Assembly (NCBI GenBank): GCA_027050205.1
Contig: JALUCS010000093.1
Span: forward strand, 31,282 to 95,281
Direction of reading: 5' to 3'
Length of the DNA stretch: 64,000 nt
Source of the DNA: a candidate division WOR-3 bacterium
GTDB lineage: Bacteria; Hydrothermota; Hydrothermia; LBFQ01
Shown here: one piece after another, positions 57,946 through 64,000 of the stretch
How positions within the stretch are numbered: the stretch's first letter is position 1
Layout of the letters: every line of letters begins with the position of its first letter
Program-made: the position numbers and the translations under genes
The notes under the pieces: model-generated
Database searches by the model: none
What the model was told of the DNA's origin: nothing
What the model saw: the letters and a program-made list of their open reading frames with translations, nothing else

Positions 57946-58572
57946 GTGAAGGCGTTCCTAAGGCTCCTCTGTGCCTTCGGTCCCCAGAGGTGGTGGCCGA
58001 GGGTGTGGCGAGGGGGTAACTTCCGGGACGAGGTGGTGGTGGGGGCCGTCCTGACGCAGGGGACGAGCTGGAGCAACGTTGAGAGGGCGTTGAGGAACCT
58101 GGAGGAGGCGGGGATAAGGGATCTGGAGGCCATCCACAACACTCCGGACGAAGAGCTGGACCTCCTCCTGAAGCCGGCCGTGTATGTCAGGAGAAAGGTG
58201 AGGACCCTGAAGGAGCTTTACCCTATTATCTACGGAAGGAAGGAGCCACCGAAGAGGGAGGAGCTGCTGAAGGTCTTCGGCATAGGGGAGGAGACGGCCG
58301 ACGTTATCCTCCTGTACGCCTACGGCGTACCCGTGGTGGTTCTGGACGGATACACCCGTAGGTGGGCGGAGAGGTTCTTCGGTAGGGAGGTGAGGGACGA
58401 GGAGCTGCGGAACCTCCTTATGATCTGGAGAGATACCTTCTACCTGAAGGAGCTACACGCCCTCCTGGACGAGTTGGGGAAGAGGTACTGCCGTAAGGTG
58501 CCGCGGTGTGAGGACTGCCCCCTCGCCCCCCTGTGCCGCTATCCCCATACTACTCGCCCTTCCGGTCTATAA
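57946..58572 (+). CDS. HhH-GPD DNA glycosylase, endonuclease III-like with [4Fe-4S] motif
   Basis: 208 aa; C-terminal C-x6-C-x2-C-x5-C (CRKVPRCEDCPLAPLC). Confidence 0.7.
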   Translation: MKAFLRLLCAFGPQRWWPRVWRGGNFRDEVVVGAVLTQGTSWSNVERALRNLEEAGIRDLEAIHNTPDEELDLLLKPAVYVRRKVRTLKELYPIIYGRKEPPKREELLKVFGIGEETADVILLYAYGVPVVVLDGYTRRWAERFFGREVRDEELRNLLMIWRDTFYLKELHALLDELGKRYCRKVPRCEDCPLAPLCRYPHTTRPSGL

Positions 58573-58603
58573 TACTTTACCGCCAAAAAGGAGGTAGAAG
58601 ACC

Positions 58604-58861
58604 ATGGCATACGTCATAACCGAACCCTGTAAGGGCGTTAAGTCTGCGGAGTGCGTCAACGTATGTCCCGTTGACGCGATACACCCCCGCCCCGACGAGC
58701 CGGAGTTTGAGAGCGTGGACATGCTCTACATCAACCCCGACGAGTGCATAGAGTGCGGAGCCTGTGCCTCCGTGTGTCCGGTGAACGCCATCTTCCACGA
58801 GGCCGACGTCCCCGAGGAGTACCAGCAGTACATAGAGATCAACGCCAAGTACTTCCAGTAG
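58604..58861 (+). CDS. fdxA: 7Fe ferredoxin (FdxA type, [3Fe-4S][4Fe-4S])
   Basis: 85 aa; MAYVITEPC...CVNVCPVD...CIECGACASVCPVNAI; TATAAT and AAGGAGG upstream. Confidence 0.85.
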   Translation: MAYVITEPCKGVKSAECVNVCPVDAIHPRPDEPEFESVDMLYINPDECIECGACASVCPVNAIFHEADVPEEYQQYIEINAKYFQ

Positions 58862-58868
58862 GGGAGAT

Positions 58869-58894
58869 GGGGGGCGCAAGCCCCCCGCTTTTAT
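58869..58894 (+). terminator. rho-independent terminator after fdxA
   Basis: GGGGGGC-GCAA-GCCCCCC hairpin with GNRA loop then GCTTTTAT. Confidence 0.65.
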
Positions 58895-58904
58895 ACAGAC
58901 AGGG

Positions 58905-60197
58905 ATGCTACCGGAAGGGAATTTCTTTGATAGGGTGAACCAGAGGAGAGGGGGAGAACGGGAAGAAAAGGTCCGTAGAAGGGAGGATAGGAGCAGCAGT
59001 TTTCGGTTTGCCGTCGGGGTATCCGAGAGCGACAAGCCCGGAACCGTGGGCTATCAGGCGGTCAACAGGGCCGTCGCCAGTTTGGGGACGGAGCCTTCCC
59101 TGGCCTTCGTGGCTATCTCCAAGGCCCACGAGCAGAACCGTAAGACGGTCCTCTACAGCGTCAAGGACGTATTGGGGGAGGATGTCCCCGTAATAGGTGC
59201 GGTCGTATCCGACCCGATAATGCACAGGGAGGGGATAACGGAGGGAGGGGTGGCCGTAGCCCTCTGGTCGGCCGACCGGCACGTGGAGATAGGTACCCAC
59301 CTGATCAAGCTCCACAACCGGGAGGTGGAGGACCTACGGGAGGAGTTGGCCGAGGCCTTTTCCGGAGATCTGAACAGGAGGTACCTCAACGTCTTAGGGG
59401 TTGCCCCTTACTTCTTTGAGGGTGTGGGGGAGAGGTTGGAGGAGGTCTTCCTCTCCCTAAGCGAGTACGTAGATTTGGCGGTGGTGGGTATAGTGGGGGG
59501 GAGGTCCCCGTCGCCGTGGTCCATCGTCCACGGCTGGGACTTCTACTCCAGCCACCTGTCCCTCGTTACCATAAAGACGGACATCCCCTTCGGTGTCTTC
59601 TTCGCCTACGGCTTCCATCCCCTCGTACCTATGGAGGTGACCAGGGCCGAGGGTAGGTTCGTGGTGGAGGTAGATAACTCTCCCGCCTACGACGTCCTTA
59701 CGGATATCCTCGTCTCCCGCGGTATCGCTGGCACCGACCTGAAGGACAGGTCCCGCCTCCGTAAGGTACTCTCCCGCTTTCAGGTGGCCATACCCGACCC
59801 GGCCGCAGCCGGTAGGTTCAAGACGACCGTCATACGGGACATCACGCACGAGGGTGTGGAGCTGGGGATAGGCGTAGTGGAGGGGGACACCGTGTGGCTC
59901 ATGGAGGCAGACAACGTAGAGGTCCTGAAGAGTACCACCAAAGGAGCGCTCCGATCCCTATCCTTCTTGAAGGGGGCCAGGCCCGCAGGTCTCCTCTTCT
60001 TTGAGAACCATACCCGTATCCTCGCCCTCGGCAAGGACGTAAAGAGGGATGTAGAGGGGCTGAAGCAGGCGCTCCCCCTACCCTTCCTCGGAATCCCATC
60101 CTCGCAGGAGCTGGTCCTACACCACTCCGTCTTCTCCGGGCTACACAGCGGCGTGGCCGCCGGCGTCCTCTTCGCCAACACCCCAGAACAGCCTTAA
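58905..60197 (+). CDS. hypothetical protein, possibly sensory (FIST-like), first gene of the mglBA-kinase cluster
   Basis: 430-aa ORF immediately upstream of mglB; family assignment tentative. Confidence 0.35.
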   Translation: MLPEGNFFDRVNQRRGGEREEKVRRREDRSSSFRFAVGVSESDKPGTVGYQAVNRAVASLGTEPSLAFVAISKAHEQNRKTVLYSVKDVLGEDVPVIGAVVSDPIMHREGITEGGVAVALWSADRHVEIGTHLIKLHNREVEDLREELAEAFSGDLNRRYLNVLGVAPYFFEGVGERLEEVFLSLSEYVDLAVVGIVGGRSPSPWSIVHGWDFYSSHLSLVTIKTDIPFGVFFAYGFHPLVPMEVTRAEGRFVVEVDNSPAYDVLTDILVSRGIAGTDLKDRSRLRKVLSRFQVAIPDPAAAGRFKTTVIRDITHEGVELGIGVVEGDTVWLMEADNVEVLKSTTKGALRSLSFLKGARPAGLLFFENHTRILALGKDVKRDVEGLKQALPLPFLGIPSSQELVLHHSVFSGLHSGVAAGVLFANTPEQP

Positions 60198-60220
60198 AAT
60201 ACTATAACGGAGGTAAGGGT

Positions 60221-60670
60221 ATGAACCAGCAAGTTGAAGCCATCTTGAAGCAACTCGTTAAGAGGAACCCACAGATCAAATCTGTGGCAGTGGTGAACTA
60301 CGAGGGGATCCTGATAGCCTCCCTCCTGTTCCCCGGCACAAACGAGTCTTCCTTCGGGGCGATGTCGGCCGCTCTCCTCGGTTTGGGCGAGCATGCCCTA
60401 AAGGAGATCCAAGGGGGAGACCTACGAGAGATATACGTGCGCGGCGACAGTATGATGCTCATAATCGTCGGCATCGGGGACGTTGGCGTGATAGCCATAA
60501 CCGTGGATTCCGACGCCCCCTTAGGCGTGGTCCTTATGGAGGTCAGGCGTACGGCCAACCAGCTCGCCCGCATCCTATCCCAGAAGCAGGACCTCTCCGA
60601 GATCCTCGGCTCCGACCTCTCCATCCTGGAGGGCTTCTCCTTCAAGGACATCATAGGCGAAGAAGAGTAG
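60221..60670 (+). CDS. mglB: Roadblock/LC7 domain protein (MglB-like GAP)
   Basis: 149 aa; Roadblock/LC7 alpha-beta-alpha pattern; directly precedes mglA. Confidence 0.75.
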   Translation: MNQQVEAILKQLVKRNPQIKSVAVVNYEGILIASLLFPGTNESSFGAMSAALLGLGEHALKEIQGGDLREIYVRGDSMMLIIVGIGDVGVIAITVDSDAPLGVVLMEVRRTANQLARILSQKQDLSEILGSDLSILEGFSFKDIIGEEE

Positions 60671-60673
60671 GGT

Positions 60674-61264
60674 ATGGTCATAGACGTAAGCAAGCGGGAG
60701 ATAAACGTTAAGATCGTCTATTACGGGCCGGCCGTAAGCGGCAAGACCACCAACCTGATCGTCATCCACAGGAGGCTCAAGCCGGAGCATCGGGGCGAGA
60801 TGGTGTCCATAGATACCAAAGGGGAGCGTACCCTCTTCTTCGACTTCCTCCCCGTGGAGGTCAAGATAGGTGGAGGGTTCAAGGTCCGTTTCCACCTCTA
60901 CACCGTACCGGGCCAGTACTTCTACAAGACCTCCCGTAAGTTGGTCCTCCGCGGGGCGGACGGGATAGTATTCGTAGCCGACTCCCAGAGGAGTAGGGCC
61001 AGAGACAACAAGATAATTTGGGAGGAGATGAAAGAGTTCCTGGAGGGCCAGAATACGTCCATCTACGATATTCCGGTAGTCCTCCAGTACAACAAGAGGG
61101 ACCTTCAGGACATAATGACGGTTGAGGAGATGAACGCCCTGTTTGAGGGTGGGAAGTTTCCGTACTTTGAGGCCATAGCCGTACAGGGGAAGGGCGTGTT
61201 TGAGACCTTGGACGAGATCTCCAAGAGGGTCCTTAGGAGCGTCCTCCAGAAGGCTCGCGTATGA
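60674..61264 (+). CDS. mglA: Ras-like small GTPase MglA
   Basis: 196 aa; REINVKIVYYGPAVSGKTTN P-loop, TLFFDFLP switch region, FHLYTVPGQ, QYNKRDL closely colinear with Myxococcus/Thermus MglA. Confidence 0.85.
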   Translation: MVIDVSKREINVKIVYYGPAVSGKTTNLIVIHRRLKPEHRGEMVSIDTKGERTLFFDFLPVEVKIGGGFKVRFHLYTVPGQYFYKTSRKLVLRGADGIVFVADSQRSRARDNKIIWEEMKEFLEGQNTSIYDIPVVLQYNKRDLQDIMTVEEMNALFEGGKFPYFEAIAVQGKGVFETLDEISKRVLRSVLQKARV

Positions 61265-62544
61265 TACACCTCAACAGCCTCATATCGGCCCTGAAGGAAC
61301 CGGTACTCGTACTGGACAGGGAGCGCACCATCATAGAGGCAGGAGGGGGGATAGGGGAGATGGGGTACAGGCGGGATTTCCTCGTCGGTAAGTCCATAGA
61401 TGCCTTAGTTGCTCCCCCCTTCAGGAGGCCGGTGGAGGCTACGATAGATACGGCCTTCCGTCTGGGTAAGCCCACGTCGGCCAAGGTGGAGATCCTCAAC
61501 GCCTCCTCCGAGTCCATCCCCGTTGAGATGAGGGTAAGTCCGTTAGAGGACAAGGGACACGTACGTTTCGCCGTCCTCCTCTACCCTAACAGTCGTCTGG
61601 ATTACGACCTCTTGAAGTCGCTGGACGTACCCGTGTGGATAACCGACAGGAAGGGGAACCTGATATTCCGGAACGATAGGGCGGCCCGCATCCTACAGGA
61701 GGTGCGGAACCTCCTACCGGAGAACGGCCAGGAGGTGAGGGTGGGAGAGGAGGAGTTCATCGCCAAGGTGAGGGAGGTGGTGGACGGCTTCCGGAGGGTG
61801 AGGCTGGTGGTCTTAACGAGCGTCTGTGCTGCCTACAACCCCTACATAAGGAAGTTCGCCGTGGCGGGTATTCTATCGGCCCTCGTATCCCACGACGTCA
61901 AGAACGCCATAGCCTCTCTGATGCTCCTTACGGACCTTATAGAGGACGAGTCCCTAAAGACCCGCATCTACAACGGCATAAGGAGGGTCTATCACATCCA
62001 CCAGAGGATCCTGAACCTCGCCCGTGGGAGGAAGGAGTTGGAGGAGGTCCCCCTAAAGGACGTATTGGAGGACGTGGAGGAGGACCTGCGTCCCAAGCTC
62101 ATACGGAAGAACGTCAAGATAGTTAGGGACTTCCCGGAGGATTTTACCATCCGTACCGATAGGAACGCCCTCTACGAGATACTCCTAAACCTCGTCTCCA
62201 ACGCCATAGACGCCTCCACCCCCGGCGGTGAGGTCATCGTGTCGGCCGGGGTCTCCCACAACGTCTCCCTCGGTAGGTTGGAGAGGTACGTGAGCGTCAG
62301 GGACTTCGGTCCGGGGATCCCACCGGAGAGGGTCCGCAGGATCTTCAACCTGTTCTTCACCTCCAAGAGGGAGGGGTCGGGTCTCGGCCTGTTCATAGTT
62401 AAGACCTTGAGCGAGAGCATAGGGGCGAGGGTGTCGGTCAGGAGCGAGCCGGGGAAGGGGGCGGAGTTCGTCGTTTTCTTCCCGGAGGATGAAGCTAAAG
62501 GATCTAACGGGGTGTCTGGTGCAGGACCTTCGGGATCTTCTTGA
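61261..62544 (+). CDS. PAS-domain sensor histidine kinase
   Basis: 427 aa; H-box LVSHDVKNAIASL; N, G1 (RDFGPGIP) and G2 (GSGLGL) boxes. Confidence 0.8.
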   Translation: MIHLNSLISALKEPVLVLDRERTIIEAGGGIGEMGYRRDFLVGKSIDALVAPPFRRPVEATIDTAFRLGKPTSAKVEILNASSESIPVEMRVSPLEDKGHVRFAVLLYPNSRLDYDLLKSLDVPVWITDRKGNLIFRNDRAARILQEVRNLLPENGQEVRVGEEEFIAKVREVVDGFRRVRLVVLTSVCAAYNPYIRKFAVAGILSALVSHDVKNAIASLMLLTDLIEDESLKTRIYNGIRRVYHIHQRILNLARGRKELEEVPLKDVLEDVEEDLRPKLIRKNVKIVRDFPEDFTIRTDRNALYEILLNLVSNAIDASTPGGEVIVSAGVSHNVSLGRLERYVSVRDFGPGIPPERVRRIFNLFFTSKREGSGLGLFIVKTLSESIGARVSVRSEPGKGAEFVVFFPEDEAKGSNGVSGAGPSGSS

Positions 62545-63241
62545 GGTCGCCTCCCGTATCTTGGGTAAGAGCGTAGCCCTCCTTACGGTAGAGGATTTGA
62601 GAGGTATAGAACTGGCGAAGGTCTTAGACGTCTTCCTCTCCCATCCCAAGGGGTACCCCGTCCCCTACATCGTGCGCGAGGTGGCCTTTTACGGGCGGTC
62701 GTTCTACGTGGACAGCAGGGTCCTGGTGCCGAGGAGCGAGACGGAGGAGTTGGTGGATATAGTCCTGTCCCTCGGAGTGAGGCCGAGGAGGATAGCCGAC
62801 GTAGGTACGGGGAGCGGCGTCCTGGGTATAACCCTCAAGCTACTCTTCCCGGATAGTACGGTGATCCTGACCGACCTGTCCGTAGGGGCGCTCCGGGTTG
62901 CCAGGATCAACGCCCGAAGGCACGGGGCGGATGTCCTCTTGGTGGCGACGGACCTCCTGTCAGCCCTGCGGGGTGGGTTAGACCTGATCGTTAGCAATCC
63001 CCCGTACGTCCCCGAAGATGAGGTTGGACGGTACGATAGGAGGGTCCTCTACGAACCGCGGGAGGCCTTAGTAGGAGGGAGGACGGGCTTTGAGATAACG
63101 GAGAGGCTCATAGGTCAGTCTATGGAGAGGCTCACACCGGGGGGCTACCTGATCCTAGAGAGCGACCCGTCCCACTTCCACAGGTTCCCTCCGGGTACGG
63201 AGTTCGTCGGTAGGTTCGCCATCCTACGGAGGTCAGGGTAG
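62489..63241 (+). CDS. prmC: release factor glutamine N5-methyltransferase
   Basis: 250 aa; VGTGSGVLG SAM motif and NPPYV catalytic motif; overlaps kinase 3-prime end by 56 nt. Confidence 0.75.
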   Translation: MKLKDLTGCLVQDLRDLLEVASRILGKSVALLTVEDLRGIELAKVLDVFLSHPKGYPVPYIVREVAFYGRSFYVDSRVLVPRSETEELVDIVLSLGVRPRRIADVGTGSGVLGITLKLLFPDSTVILTDLSVGALRVARINARRHGADVLLVATDLLSALRGGLDLIVSNPPYVPEDEVGRYDRRVLYEPREALVGGRTGFEITERLIGQSMERLTPGGYLILESDPSHFHRFPPGTEFVGRFAILRRSG

Positions 63242-63985
63242 GTATTTCGTGGGGTCTACGGCCTTCCTGCCGGAACCCATTCTGACCTCAAAGTGTAGGG
63301 GCCTCCTGCCCACCGTCCCTATCTTCTGGCCCTTTTTGACCCTCTGGTTGAGCCTGACTGTCACCTTTCGGAGGTTGGCGTAGACGGTGAAGAACCCGTC
63401 GTGTTCAAGGATCACTACCTCACCGTACCCCTCTAACCTCCCGGCATACACCACCTTGCCACCCTCGGCCGCCACGACCTCCGCCCCGTAGGGGGCGGCT
63501 ACGTCTATCCCCGAACTCTTCAACCTGACCCCGTAGCGGGGGTCGGTGTAGTACCCGAAACCCCTGACCACCCTACCCCTAACCGGCCACATCAACTTAC
63601 CCTTGGGTTTGGCCTTCTTTCCCGACCTTATCTTCTTACTTCTCTTGGCGAGTTTCTTGAGGATTCCCTCCAGACGTTTCGCCCTCGCCTTGAGGCGGGA
63701 GACGTACCTTTCCTTCTCCCTCCTGCTTCTCCTTATCTTCCTAACCGTCTCCTTCAACTCCCTCTCTGTGCGCTGTATCTCCACGAGGGTACTCTCCTGC
63801 TCGGCTATGTTCCCCTCTATCTGTTGGAGCAGTTCCTCCCTCCTCCGCTTCCACCACCGGTGGTCCCGACGGAAGCCCTCTATCTGCAACAGGGCGTTCC
63901 TGTACGCGTGGAGGGTGGCCTCCGTAACGGTGGCCCTCTCGTAGATGGCGTAGGAGCCGCGGGGGTTGAAAATGGCCGCCCACAC
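63233..63985 (-). CDS. M23 peptidase-domain protein with coiled-coil region (EnvC-like)
   Basis: C-terminal LysM-less M23 fold (GIDVAAPYGAEVVAAEGGKVVYAG..GEVVILEH); upstream coiled coil; N-terminus may lie beyond the window end. Confidence 0.7.
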   Translation of the reverse strand: MWAAIFNPRGSYAIYERATVTEATLHAYRNALLQIEGFRRDHRWWKRRREELLQQIEGNIAEQESTLVEIQRTERELKETVRKIRRSRREKERYVSRLKARAKRLEGILKKLAKRSKKIRSGKKAKPKGKLMWPVRGRVVRGFGYYTDPRYGVRLKSSGIDVAAPYGAEVVAAEGGKVVYAGRLEGYGEVVILEHDGFFTVYANLRKVTVRLNQRVKKGQKIGTVGRRPLHFEVRMGSGRKAVDPTKYLP

Positions 63986-64000
63986 CGAGGGTACCCTTAG

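Overview
This 64-kb window looks like chromosomal DNA from a GC-rich bacterium (roughly 55-60% GC, estimated by eye). Thermophile-type traits are visible throughout: Lys/Glu/Arg-rich proteins, heavy AGG/ATA/AAG codon use, and many TATAAT boxes only 8-12 nt before start codons, implying leaderless mRNAs. Most genes are housekeeping: dnaE, dnaA, a murB-ftsA-ftsZ-ftsX-like block, rpmF-plsX, efp-accB, hprK, ptsN, sucD, gatB, pgk, maeB, HU, tsaB, dut, ogt, queC, prmC, a 7Fe ferredoxin, and three tRNAs (Pro, Asp, Val). There is also outer-membrane/phosphate-uptake content (TonB-receptor-like protein, porin, PstS, Na/Pi cotransporter).

The unusual content is:
- an MglB-MglA polarity GTPase pair sitting between a putative sensor protein and a PAS histidine kinase;
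- a secreted protein with a type IX secretion (T9SS)-type C-terminal sorting domain, next to a beta-helix-repeat membrane protein and a thioredoxin;
- a ~950-aa double-TM coiled-coil protein;
- a 1.1-kb low-GC islet holding an orphan Tyr-rich ORF;
- a family of degenerate 40-100 nt interspersed repeats that fill unusually long intergenic spacers. One such spacer lies upstream of dnaA and also carries an AT-rich putative unwinding element, making it a candidate oriC.

No CRISPR array, transposase, integrase or rRNA was seen. Several large spacers have no ORF-track protein longer than about 60-90 aa.
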